Source of the DNA: Carcharhinus amblyrhynchos
Taxonomy: Eukaryota
Assembly (NCBI GenBank): GCA_965287045.1
Contig: OZ336880.1
Coordinates: forward strand, 50,530,001-50,594,000
DNA length: 64,000 nt
Direction: 5' to 3'
Positions within the stretch are counted from its first letter, which is position 1. Every line of letters starts with the position of its first letter. Below are positions 50,471 to 62,264 of this stretch, one piece after another. Under the pieces are notes generated by a model, which searched no databases, was not told the origin of the DNA, and saw nothing but the letters and a program-made list of their open reading frames with translations. Both the position numbers and the translations under genes were made by a program.

Positions 50471-53169
50471 TTTCAATCATTCAATTCTGTTTGGTTAATA
50501 TTTTATGGCAAAGGCTTGTTATAAATGATCTGGCCTTTGATTAAACTAGTCCATGCAGTTAAAATCCACTAGAGGTCCTCACGATACTTCTTGATCTCTG
50601 ATATACAAAAGGCTCAGGGTTGATGTGAACTCCCAGTGATTTAAACCTGCAGGAGTCAGTCTGGTTCCTGCCTACTCGTGGCAGTGTGAATCCACGACAA
50701 TGTTAATCACCATGCCTGATAGCCATGCCAGTGATCCCTGCTGGAAAGGGGACATGAAGCAGCAATTGGGTTCATACATTCTGTACAAGCTGTCCAATAT
50801 GAGGGCCAGTATGTGCAAGCAAAGAGGAGGAAATGGGAGGAGAGTCCAGAGCATGTGAGGCCAGAGCCTTCCTCGTGCCTAGATCTTCAGATTCAATTTT
50901 AATTAAAACAATCACCTTTTAGGGCTTCTTCATTTCCCCATTCTCTTTTGCCTTGCTTCATGCCTATCAACAGTGGCTTCCCTGCCTACATAGCTGAGTT
51001 AAAATGCTTTTGTAACCCAACTGATTTCATCAGATCTCTATTTGGGTATTTAAGGAGCACAACCTCTGTATAAATTAAAGTCCCTCAGCGAGTCCATCCC
51101 TTCTTGAGGTTGACATCCCTCTGACCAACAACCACAGGGCAGCTTAGGGGTCACATGGCTCCAAATCTAAACACACCCAACCACTCATAATTAGGATACA
51201 GAATTGGGGATGAATTCCATCAACCGAGGCCTCAGGGCCGTTGACTGCCTGGGATCACAGTGACTCATCTGAGGAAATGTCACAGGAAAACAGAGGTGTC
51301 CAGTCTCCCTCCCGTCAATGGCACCAAAATCATAAACTCACCACATTGGAGAATTATTAGTATGAATCTGCATTAGTACAAATTGCACAGCAAAACCTAT
51401 TTTGAACCAAAGTACCTGAGGTTAATGGTCCTGCATGTTCTACCTTCCCTGCTGCAACTTAGGGACACAGCAGATAAGGGAGAGGACTATACAAAATGTA
51501 TAATAACACTGCTGGTGTATTGTTATTCAAAAACATTAGGAACTAAATTGTTATACATGTATACATATATACATACATTATCTAATATATACATTTTCTA
51601 TATATATATCCACATCACTCACTACTGTACTACAGTGTACTGAGCAACGATATATCAGTCCACAGCACATGGTGAATCTCAATGGGAGCTCCAGCATTTG
51701 GGTCTAAAAGTGAAATTATTTCAGCCTGCTGGGAATTAAAATCTATAACAACTTCAGTAAATAAATTTTTTTTTGCACATAGGCATTCATTGCAATGGAG
51801 TTACAGATGAAAGGTTTGGGACTCATCCAGACTTGCACATAGAAATGTTTAATCTTCAAAATTCATGTAAAATCATATATTTTAATAGGATGGAACAGGT
51901 CATTTTGAGCTAAAGAGAAAACCATTACCAATATAAAATACAATTGAAGCTGAATATTATCATTTCATAGGTTATTCCCCTTAAGAAAATTAATTCCAAA
52001 GAACTTTGCAAGGACAGAATATTTATTGGTGATTAGTATTATCATTCATTGTTCCATTACACTGTGCATGTCTTTAACTTCACTCATCATCAAATAGGAA
52101 CAAAGACCAGGGGAGGGAACTTATGGCCTTGCTCGTCCCGAAACCATTAAATCCTGCCCAAGGTTAACGGACCTTCGCATTGTTTGCCCCTCACACGCTC
52201 TGATTCCCACGGGAGGTGGGATAAAATTCCAACTTAGGACTTTGAGGATGATGGGGTCTCCCTTCCCCCCATCTGAGAAGTCGGTGGCAAAGCTTCTACT
52301 CCAATGAGTGTTAGTTGACTGGGTTTAGGACTGCCCATCACCATACCATACACCCCCCTCCTCCCTCCCCACCTCCCAACCCACATGGGAGGAAGCTCCG
52401 ATCCAGAGAGCTTCCAGCCAATACAATTGGCTGGCAGTTCACTTGGCTCAGCAGTGCCAGAAGCTGCAGTGGCCAGGGCTGGGATTGCAGAAATCCCCAA
52501 AGCTTAAATCCCAGAAGTCCAGGAGCAGGTAAGTATGGGCGAATGGGGAGGGGGGTTCTGAAAGGCAAAGAGAGGAGCTGAGACCCAGGTGGTGGGCAGA
52601 GGTGGGGCTGTTGGTAGAGAGGTGGAAGGAGATGGAGAACCCTCAGGTGCCAGACATAATGAGGACATGTCCAATATTGATGAAGGTGCCCTGCTCCCCA
52701 ACACACCCGAGACTTGAACAGGATCAAGTTTTGGGTTTCTGGCTGCCCCTGGACTCATCCCACCAGCCTGAGAGTTGAAGCTGGGCAGGAAACGGCCATT
52801 AAGTGGTAATTAATTAGCTAGTTAAGGGCCTCAGTTAGGGAAAGGATGGGTAGGACTTGCCTGTCCCACCATAAAATCAGGGAGAGGTTGGGATGGGCAA
52901 GAACCATGTGGAATGGCCACCCATAGAGTTTTACAGGCACCCTCACCCTCCCCCACTTATTAAACCCTTGGAGTTAAATGTAAAAACCTGCCTAGGATTT
53001 GTGTTGCTGGGTCCATTTATGTATATATTGCAGCAAAAATCATTTGAATATTAGTCAAGCTGGAAACTTCTCTCAACCAAATCCATTTTTTTATTTAACA
53101 ATCTGCACTTTCCAAACTGGCATTTGTGTGGGGAAACTACGAGAGCGATCCTGAATACATAGTGATTGA

Positions 53170-53456
53170 GTTTATTCATTAGTCACAAGTAGGCTTACAT
53201 TAACACTGCAATAAAAATCCCCTAGTTGCCACACTTTGGCGCCTGTTTGGGTACACTGAGGGAGAATTTAGCATGGCCAATGCACCTAACCAGCACATCT
53301 TTCGGACTGTGGGAGGAAACCGGAGCACCCGGTGGAAACCCACACAGACATGGAGAGAATGTGCAAACTCCACACAGACGGTGACCTGAGGCCGGAATCA
53401 AACTTGGGTCCCTGGCGCTATGAGGCAGCAGTGCTAACCGTTGTCTCACCATGCCG
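53170..53456 (-). mobile_element. HE1-like V-SINE, tail type B
   Basis: Reverse-complement match to the 2722 copy. Confidence 0.88.
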
Positions 53457-53989
53457 GTGTTACTGTTCTACTGAAGCAAATCAGGATAATTAAGGAGAAA
53501 GCAGAATAAATTAAAAATATATCAAATATATAGATTGAGATAATATTACTTTTTCCCTTCCTCATTTTGTCTCAATTTTTCTACTGGCAAGACCAGCTGT
53601 CACATAATTTCAGGCAGAATGTACAAGGATTTGGACCGCAGGTACGCCGCTGGGCATTGTTGCTCATTTACACAGTCAGCTCAAGTGAGGATTCAGACAG
53701 AGTGAGTTACCCTGCACGAGTACAATGAGCTTTGACCACCCTCAGAAAAGCCATGAAGTCAGGAGAGCAGTCATGGAATCAGCCTAACGGCAGCATTGGG
53801 AGATCCAAAATCATTTCCATTTAATTTCCATTCACTTATACAGTCGTGCTGGTGAGTTTTGGCTGCTCTGTTGCAGCTTAATGGTTGTGGGAGAATGAGA
53901 GAAAGAGTTGACAGCTGAAAATTGTCCCAAATGTCTCTTCTATCAAGCACTTTACCTAGAAATGAGAATGAGGTTGAATTCATATACTC

Positions 53990-54292
53990 CCAAAGTGCTT
54001 CACAGCCAATGAATTCCTGTTGATGTGTCATCACTGAGAATGCAGAAAATTATAATGGTTTATATGGGCATAAGGTTTCCCAAAGTGTAATGGATAAATG
54101 ACAAGATGATCTGCTTTGTGGTGTTGGTTGAGGTTTAAATGTTAGCTAAGACACTGAGAAACCTCACTTGCTCCTCTTAAAATGGTGTCATGCAATCTCT
54201 TACAGCGACCTGAAAAGGAAGGCAAGGCCTTAATGTAATGTCTCATTTTGAAGACAGGACTTCTGACAATGTAACACTCCCTCAGTATTGCA
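53990..54292 (-). mobile_element. Deu-domain SINE relic
   Basis: Similar in reverse complement to 21900-22185, plus the head ...CTGACAATGTAACACTCCCTCAGTATTGCA. Confidence 0.55.
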
Positions 54293-54552
54293 TGTAGCAG
54301 TTTAGAGATCAGAAGCAGGCTATTGAAGCTAGCAAGTGTGAGTGTGAGCAGGCTTCAGTTTCAGGCTGGGAGACCCGCACCAAAAACCCAACCAATTTCC
54401 AATTTCTTATTCGGAAGTAATCATATCAGAATACAATGTACATAAGGTACTCAGAGCATAATAAATTAAACCAGTGTAACGCTCAGTCAATCACTGTGAA
54501 ACCAACGTGACCATCAGGAGAGACCTTAATAATGCAGTACGGTACATAACAG

Positions 54553-54849
54553 TAGGCACAGTGGCAGTGGTTAGCACTGCGTCCTCACAGTGCCAGGGAC
54601 CTGGGTTCGATTCTCGTGCAGAGTCTATACATTCTACCGGAGTCTACGTGAGTTTCCTTCGGGTGCTGCGGTTTCCTGCCACAATCCAAGGATGTGCTAG
54701 TTAGTGGATTGTCCAAGCTAAATTGCTGCTTAGTGTCAGGGGGATTAGTTTAGGTAAATGGGATTATGGGGATAGGGCCTGGGTGGGATTGCGGTCAGTG
54801 CAGACTCAGTGGGCGGAATGGCCACCATCTGCACTGAAGAACTCTATGA
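54553..54849 (+). mobile_element. HE1-like V-SINE, tail type A
   Basis: tRNA head, partly deleted V core and CR1-like tail. Confidence 0.82.
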
Positions 54850-55154
54850 ATATAAATACAGACACCAAGCGCAGCATTTTCCATTCTGGAGACCAAGTTT
54901 GGTGGTGGGAGGGAAAGAAGGCATGATTCATGTTGCACGGTGGGATATCAGGCTAGACAGGCATGAGCGTTACAGTTCATTAATCATGTATCAGCAAACA
55001 GCTCAGTAAATCTCATGGCGAAGCAGGCAGGAAGTCACCAGCCCAATGTCCTGGCACCATATTTAAACGGTACCCAGACAGACATTCACTCTCTGTGAGG
55101 CCAGGGAATCTGGTGACAAAGAAAACTATAGCGCGCAAGTGAAGGAAAATTTCT

Positions 55155-55360
55155 GCCCCAGGTTCAATGATGCCTCTCCAGGCGGAATTCTCCTCCAGGC
55201 TGTCTGGGAAAGGCAGGTGGTCCTCCTTCTGAGGGAAGGGAACAATTGGTCATCCTAGCTGACCGTACCAGCCTGGGAAGAGGTTGCCAGAGAGATTAGC
55301 ACCTGTGGGCCCAGAGAAAAACCACCCTGCAGAGCCAGAAATGGATGAATGATTTGCTTG
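55155..55360 (+). pseudogene. Harbinger Myb/SANT-like ORF relic
   Basis: PRFNDASPGGILLQAVWERQVVLL...PAWEEVAREISTCGPR / TTLQSQKWMNDLL. Confidence 0.72.
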
Positions 55361-56369
55361 AAGTGAAATCTCTGTTCATTGCAAACTTACCCTCACATCT
55401 CTGGCATGTTCCCTCTGAGGTTGTGTCGACTTTTAATTAATTAATTAATTTTTGGCCTGGGGAGGTGGAAGATGTTCCCTCTTCTTTGTGCTGAGGGAGG
55501 CCAAGCTTTGGTTTCCTCTGTTCCGTCTCCCTAAAATGTCTTAACATGAGTGCTAGAAACCCAAGAGTGAAGTAACAACCCCTTATCCTTTGTTTATATA
55601 CAGTAAGAAGTCAGGGCATCAGATGATCTAAATGTTAGAGTCCATGAGGGCTCCAGATGGGAGATAACAAATTAGCTGGATTTTCAGAGAGTGAAATCCT
55701 TTCCTATTAATGAATCTCACTGTCTGCTACACATCTCCGTTATATCTTAGTGAAAGGAAGGTGAAAACAATGTCTACTGACTTCCAAGTCGCGGATGCAA
55801 TGAGGCTCACCAGGTGGGCACCACTTACATACAATGGTGAAACAGAATGTTCCAATTGTAGTTCCTGGTGCGGTCGAAATGAACTCAGCACATAATGAAT
55901 TAAAACAGGGACATCCGGGTGCACAATGCTCACTTAACCACTGTCAAATCAACATGACCATCAGGCGAGACCTTAATAACACCCAAAATCTTTTCTCACA
56001 AATTGTTTCTCATAATGATCTCTACCTGTGTTTTATAACTGAAGTACAAACTGTCCTAGCAAAAACAGTAGATCATAGATAGCGCACACAGACAAAATAT
56101 ATTTTATCTGTGCGTGTGTACAGTATTTCAGTTTGGAAAAGTCAGGGTCACAGGATTGAAAGAAACACAGCTTGTTTTTTACAGTAACACTTCTATGACA
56201 GCATCCAAATGTAATTAAATGGCAGGAGTCCTTTTTTTAAGTTGAGTCCCAGAAAGAAAACTAAAACAAACAATGGGAAGCAAATCAAGCCAAACCCCTC
56301 AGACACCTCCTAGGCTTGTAGGGACCTGGAAAAGGGTTCCTAGACCTCCCACAGATACCTCAAATAAAC

Positions 56370-57350
56370 TTCCTCATTTCCTAAACCATTTCGTTCTCCA
56401 GTTCTTTCGTCACCATCACTTCTGTTCCAATGATACAACTCTCCATACTGGTGCTTCTCAGATGTCTTCCTGAAGATTTGCCTCCACTTTGGCAGTGTGG
56501 CCCTCAGCCATATCTGCCACATTTTCTGCACTTCTGCTCTCGCTCCTTCCTCTCCCACCAGGACCTTAGATAGGGTCCCACTTGTCCTCACCTTCCACCC
56601 CACCAGCCTCCATGTTCAACAGATCATTTCCTGCCAGTGTGATACCACCATCAAACACATACTCCATTTTCCTACGTTCAATATTCAAAGGAGCTGTTCC
56701 CGCCATGATACCCTGGTCCATTCATCAGTCACCCCCCAACAACCCATTCCCTTCCCACAGGATCTTTCCATGCAAGTGCAGGAGCTGCAACAATTTATTT
56801 CCTCATTCCTCACTATCCAAGGTCCCAAACATTCCTTCCCGGTGTACACGTATTTAATTTGGAGAGAAAACGTGATTCTGGTGAATTGGCCTTTGAGCGA
56901 ACATTCACCAGATGCTCAGGAACGTAAATGGAGTTCCCAACATTGCCCAGCAGGAAACTCGACTCACCTTTTACCTTCTCTCGAGTGGTACCCCCGCCTG
57001 CCAAGAGGCCCACTGCTGGCAGGAGCGGAAGATTCTGCGCATCCCCCCCCACCCCTCCCCCGGTATATAGTTTTCAATTCTGTATTTGCTGCTCGCAATG
57101 TGATCTCCTTTATATGGGGGAGGCCAAATACTGATTGGGTGACTGCTTTGTAAAACACCTCCATTCAGTCCGCAAGCATCATCCTGAGCTTCACGTGTCA
57201 TTTTAATCCTTCCCCTTGCTCTCACTCTGATATCTGCTGCACTGTTGCAGTGAAGCTTAGCACAAACTTGATGAACAGAACCTCTTATTTCTATTAGGCA
57301 TTTCACAGCCTTCCAGATTCAACACTTGAGTTCAACAATTTCAGACCCCG
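56370..57350 (+). mobile_element. Penelope-like element fragment (RT-endonuclease linker plus GIY-YIG), with a ~200-bp insert at ~56850-57060
   Basis: DRVPLVLTFHPTSL, FPCKCRSCN, IQGPKHSF, CICCSQCDLLYMGEAK. The C-terminus matches 49930-50045. Confidence 0.8.
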
Positions 57351-58236
57351 TTTTGTTTCTTTTTTAGTTGTGTTCATTATGTTTATGCTTTCAGGCAGCA
57401 ACTCAAGGTACAACTTTTGTTTCTTACCCTGTCCCATCACCATTCTCTATGGCCCTTGGGACTAACTCTTCTGGCATTCAATCCCTCCTGTCTTCCAGAT
57501 GTTGCTTTTGTCCTGGCTGCCATGGTATCTGATGGTGTTGTCTCTGCTCAGGCACTGCCCTTCTCTCCTTCAAATTGCCATCATCAAAAAAGTTGTCCCA
57601 ATGTTGAATGAAATCTGACATCAAGTTAAGGTGGTCTTGAAGCAGCAGTCATCTAACAGGATCAGTAGCCCATCAGTTTAGAAATTCCCACAGACATCAA
57701 AACAGGAACTTAAAAGCATTAAATAACCTTAACTTTTCAAAAGTATTTTACAAAGAGCAAAATTAAGATTGGGGCATACATATTGGAGTAAGGCAAACTG
57801 AAGTATCATAAAAAGCTTTATAAATATATTTAAATGATGGGAACGTTTTTATTATAACGTAGAACACTGACTTTCTCCAAATATAAAAATTAGCTCTTCA
57901 GAACCAGATTTGTTCAGAAGATATGAAGATAGCGTTGACATTGTTAAAAATCCAGTTACACCTCATTCAACAAGATGACCAGGTGTTGTCAGACTTTTTA
58001 CCATTCATATAACCAGGGCGATTGAGTGACTCATTAGTTATTCAATTCATTCAATTAACGTTTGAAAACTGCAGTATGTGAAACATTATTATCTAGAAGG
58101 ATAAAGACAGCAGACACATGGGAACACCACCAACTGGAAGTTCCCCTTCAAGCCACTCACCATCCTGACTGGGAAATATATCGTAAAAAGTCTGACAACA
58201 CCAGGTTTTAGTCCAACCGATTTATTTGATAGTAAA

Positions 58237-58274
58237 CTCACAAGCTTTCGAGGTTTCCCTCTTCGTCAGGTGAA
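58237..58274 (-). ncRNA. Minimal type I hammerhead ribozyme (mirror copy in the left arm)
   Basis: Exact reverse complement of 59222-59259. Confidence 0.8.
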
Positions 58275-59221
58275 TGGAGAGTTCTGGCCTCGGACAGAGC
58301 ATGTAAAGCACAGACAGTTTAGAGATTACTGATTAGAATGCGAATCTTTACACCTAACCTGCTGTTCAAGACCTGAAGTGGCTGACAATGTGAGTGGAAG
58401 GAGCACTGATCACAGGTTAAAGAGATGTGTATTGTCTCCAGACAGCACAGTGAGTGAGGTTTTGCAAACCCAGGCAAGTCATGGGGGTTACAGATAGTGC
58501 GACATGAATCCAAGATCCCTGTTGAGACCGTCCTCACGTGTGCGGAACTTGGCTATCAGTCTCTGCTCAGCGACTCTGCGCTGTCGTGTGTCGTGAAGGC
58601 CGCCTTGGAGAATGCTTACCCGAAGGTCAGAGGCTGAAATGCCCGTGACCACTGAAGTGTTCGCCAACAGGAAGGGAACAGTCTTGCCTGGTGATTGTCG
58701 AGCGATGTTCATTCATCCGTTGTCGTAGCGTCGGCATGGTCTCCCCAATGTACCATGCTTTGGGACATCCTTTCTTGCAACGTATCAGGTAGACAATGTT
58801 GGCTGAGTTGCATGAGTATTTACTGTGTACCTGGTGGATGGTATTCTCACGTGTGATGATGGAATTACACCTTCGGGTAAGCATTCTCCAAGGCGGCCTT
58901 CACGACACACGACAGCGCAGAGTCGCTGAGCAGAGACTGATAGCCAAGTTCCACACACATAAGGACGGTCTCAACAGGGATCTTGGATTCATGTCGCACT
59001 ATCTGTAACCCCCATGACTTGCCTGGGTTTGCAAAACCTCACTCACCGTGCTGTCTGGAGACAATACACATCTCTTTAACCTGTGATCAGTGCTCCTTCC
59101 ACTCACATTGTCAGCCACTTTAGGACTTAAACAGCAGGTTAGGTTTAAAGATTCGCATTCTAATCAGTAATCTCTAAACTGTCTGTGCTTTATATGCTCT
59201 GTCCGAGGCCAGAACTCTCCA

Positions 59222-59259
59222 TTCACCTGACGAAGAGGGAAACCTCGAAAGCTTGTGAG
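59222..59259 (+). ncRNA. Minimal type I hammerhead ribozyme (PLE type)
   Basis: TCAC-CTGACGA-A-GAGG-GAAA-CCTC-GAAA-GC-TT-GTGA: CUGANGA and GAAA core, stem II GAGG/CCTC with a GNRA loop, stem I TCAC/GTGA, loopless palindromic stem III AAGCTT. Confidence 0.8.
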
Positions 59260-59982
59260 TTTACTATCAAATAAATCGGTTGGACTAAAACCTGGTGTTG
59301 TCAGACTTTTTACTGTGTTTACCCCAGTCCAACGCCGGCACATCCACATCATGGGAAATATATCACCATTCCTTCACTGTTGCTGAGTCAAAACTCTCCC
59401 CCTAGCAGCACCGTAGGTGTATCTACACCACAGGGACTGCAGTGGTTCAAGAAGGCAGCTCACCACCGCCTGCTCAGGAGCAATTATGAGTGGGCAATTA
59501 ATGCTGGCCCAGTCAGCCATGCCCACATCCCATGAATGAATAAAAAAAGGGTTAGGAAAAGTTTAATACAATGAAATAATCTGACAGGCCTCACTTTTGA
59601 ATGCTAAAAATGTTAACTAAGAATGCTTGAATGTTTAAAACTGACAAGGTGTATGTTGCCTTGTTGAACAGCATTGCTTTTATTTGGTAAAAAGACAAAG
59701 AGTTGCTGCAAGTCTTTTTTTAAAAGTGAATACACAGAGCAGTATTTTAAGTGGAGAAGAAGAAATGCCTCAGGGAACTGACAGCTAAAAGAACTGACAT
59801 TTCAAATTTAGGAGAAAGGAATTTGGACAGGGGACAAAGAATTGCTGCAGTTGGGCTTAACAACCTGAGACACTCTGTACCTGCATTGATACATTTTCTT
59901 GCAAAATACACCTGCAAAGGGAAGCCTTTGAGCAATAGCAGCCTGTTTGGAGGGGAAAAGATTACTGTGCAGTCTTAAAATG

Positions 59983-60145
59983 ATGTGGGTATGCCGGCGT
60001 TGGACTGGCGTAAACACAGTAAAAAGTCTGACAACACCAGGTTTTAGTCCAACCTATTTATTTGATAATATTCTTGTGAATAGCTTGTGAGAATATTATC
60101 AAATAAATAGGTTGGACTAAAACCTGGTGTTGTCAGACTTTTTAC
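59983..60145. mobile_element. Miniature Penelope-terminus hairpin insertion
   Basis: Perfect 56-bp arms at 60019-60074 and 60090-60145, plus the unpaired tail. TSD CAGTCTTAAAATG at 59970-59982 and 60145-60157. Confidence 0.88.
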
Positions 60146-60600
60146 AGTCTTAAAATGGTCAGGTACTTAACATGGTAATAATTTCATGTGGCAATGCACT
60201 TAAAGTGGCAACCACAAGAAGAAATAAATGGCAATGGACAGGAAAGTTGGAGAAGATCTCAGAGGAGACAACGAAGATCTCAAGGAAGAGGCAACACATA
60301 AAATAAGAACAAGTCCAATGAAGATTTGAACCAGGAGAATAGGAGCTTGAAGAAAAAAGGTCTGACAATGAGAAATCAACTAAAGAGGTAAAAACATTGA
60401 AACTGACAACAGAATCAGCAATTCAGACACAGAAAGAAACTAAGATTGTATTTCGGAGCAAGATTGCTGAATCGCTCACATGAATGGAAAAGCAGCAAAC
60501 CTGCATGGAAGAGTTCCATGCAAGACAATATTTAGAACAGTATGTGGTTACAGCCTACCAGTAAAAGTGTTTCTGTTTAAAATTACACAAGCCTCAAGAT

Positions 60601-61522
60601 TGGGGGAAAGGCAAATTGTGCGGAGGGTGTGGAGAGTCTGCAGAAGGATCTAGATAGGCTGGGCGAATGGGCCAGGAAATGGCAAATGGAATTTAATGTT
60701 GGCAAGTGTGAGGTGGTCCACTTTGGTAGGAATAATGGTAGGAAGGACTATTACTTACGTGGCGAAAAACTGCAGCAGGCGACGGTGCAGAGGGACCTCG
60801 GGGTCCTTGTGCATGAGTCGCAAAAACCCAGCCTGCAGGTGCAGCAGGTGGTCAGGAAGGCTAATGGGATGCTGGCCTTCATAGCGAGGGGGATTGAATA
60901 TAAAAGTAGGGAGGTCTTGCTGCAGCTGTATAGGGCATTGGTGAGGCCGCAGCTGGAGTACTGTGTGCAGTTTTGGGCGCCACACCTGCGCAAGGATATT
61001 TTGGCCTTGGAGGGAGTGCAGAGGAGGTTTACTAGGCTGATACCGGAGTTGAGGGGGTTGAGCTATGAGGAGAGGCTGAATAAACTAGGCTTGTACTCGT
61101 TAGAGTTTAGAAGAATGAGGGGAGATCTCATTGAGACATATAAGATGATGAATGGGATGGATAGGATAGAGGTGGAGAGACTCTTCCCGCTCAAAAAAGA
61201 CAGTAGGACTACTGGGGCACAGCCTCAAGATAAAGAGGGGAGCAGTTTAGAACGGAGTTGAGGAGGAACTTCTTCACTCAAAGGGTGGTGAATCTCTGGA
61301 ATTCTCTGCCCGTTGAAGTGGTGGAGGCTGCCTCGCTAAATATTTTTAAGAAGCGGGTTGATGGGTTCTTGATAAGAGAGGGGATTAAGGGTTATGGGGA
61401 GAGGGTGGGAAAGTGGAACTGAGCCGCGACAGATCAGCCATGATCTTATTGAATGGCGGGGCAGGCTCGAAGGGCCAGATGGCCTACTCCTGCTCCTATT
61501 TCTTATGTTCTTATGTTCTTAT
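60601..61522 (+). mobile_element. Young 5'-truncated CR1 LINE
   Basis: Uninterrupted 210-aa RT C-terminal ORF (LQKDLDRLGEWARKWQMEFNVGKC...LVRPQLEYCVQFWAP). (TTCTTATG)n tail. AAGAT on both flanks (60596-60600 and 61524-61528). Confidence 0.93.
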
Positions 61523-61528
61523 TAAGAT

Positions 61529-62264
61529 CTCATCAATGAACCATCATCACTGCAACACTAAAAAGTACATAATATGACATGGTGTCACGATATGAAACTT
61601 CAGTAGCTACTGAATCAAGCTTTCTGGATCTCTGAACTGCCATCACACCCAGTGGACATGGAGAGACTGATTGTTCATGGGCCTGTGGATCACTTGAGGA
61701 ATAGCAAGGTGCTCCAGCAGTCAGTGTTGCATCAAAAAATGCTTTTGAACCTATAAGCACTGAAATACCTGATCGACCTGCTATAGATGTAACTGATGAC
61801 TCTGTGGACTCAAGCAGTAATAAACTGCCTGTGCCAGAAGAGGTAACCGATATTGCAGCTTCCTTTAATGGCAATCGTGTAGAAGCATCTCAGACTACAG
61901 AATTTCACTTCTCTACAAGAAACAGAAAAACCCGTCAGACACTCAATTTTTAACTCCCCAATTTGTTTGGTTAGAAATTAGGACTGAGAAACTTAGTTAT
62001 TGAATGTCGTGCAAAGAAGTTAAAAGGTGGGGGATGCTGTGATTATGCTGATTGCCCCTTTAAGCAGAAGAGGATGACTTGGCTTGAGGGACCAATTGGA
62101 ACTGAGAGTGGGTAAGCCCCCCAGGGGGTGGAGTCCTCACTTGGGCAAAAGATGTCCAGAAGACATGTAGGGGCAGCTAGTTGAATGCTGCCTCTGTATA
62201 GTTTTTCCTAATTAATAAATACGCTTTTTGTTCCTGACAAAGTGTATGAATGTGCATCATTACA
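61529..62264 (+). mobile_element. Gypsy/Ty3 LTR retrotransposon 3' remnant: pol tail, PPT and 3' LTR (~62038-62264)
   Basis: VDHLR and the terminal STRNRKTRQTLNF* (stop 61951-61953) are typical of Gypsy integrase tails. Purine tract AAAAGGTGGGGGA at 62022-62034, then TGT...AATAAA (62214)...TTACA. Confidence 0.65.

Larger units (their letters stand above)
58183..59351. mobile_element. Penelope-like element in inverted (fold-back) configuration: arms 58183-58627 and 58869-59313, ~38-nt unpaired tail, 13-bp TSD
   Basis: The minus strand encodes GIY-YIG (NIVYLIRCKKGCPKAWYIGET...LRQRMNEHRS...EQRLIAKF...GLNRD). TGGGAAATATATC occurs at 58170-58182 and 59352-59364. Confidence 0.92.
58070..59549 (+). 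mobile_element. 3' end of the tRNA-headed LINE family, split by the Penelope fold-back
   Basis: 58070-58182 and 59365-59549 join into the continuous family 3' end (cf. 35330-35550 and 47580-47790). Confidence 0.8.

Noticed and set aside
51011-51345. TG...CA-bounded blocks suggestive of solo LTRs (also ~55423-55730)
   Set aside because: No matching TSD or second copy in the window; not enough support.
59747-59790. Acidic peptide GEEEMPQGTDS* after tttaag, as a candidate MYLK acidic tail exon
   Set aside because: Wrong phase for the putative GC donor, weak polypyrimidine tract, and probably part of the decayed Gypsy interior.
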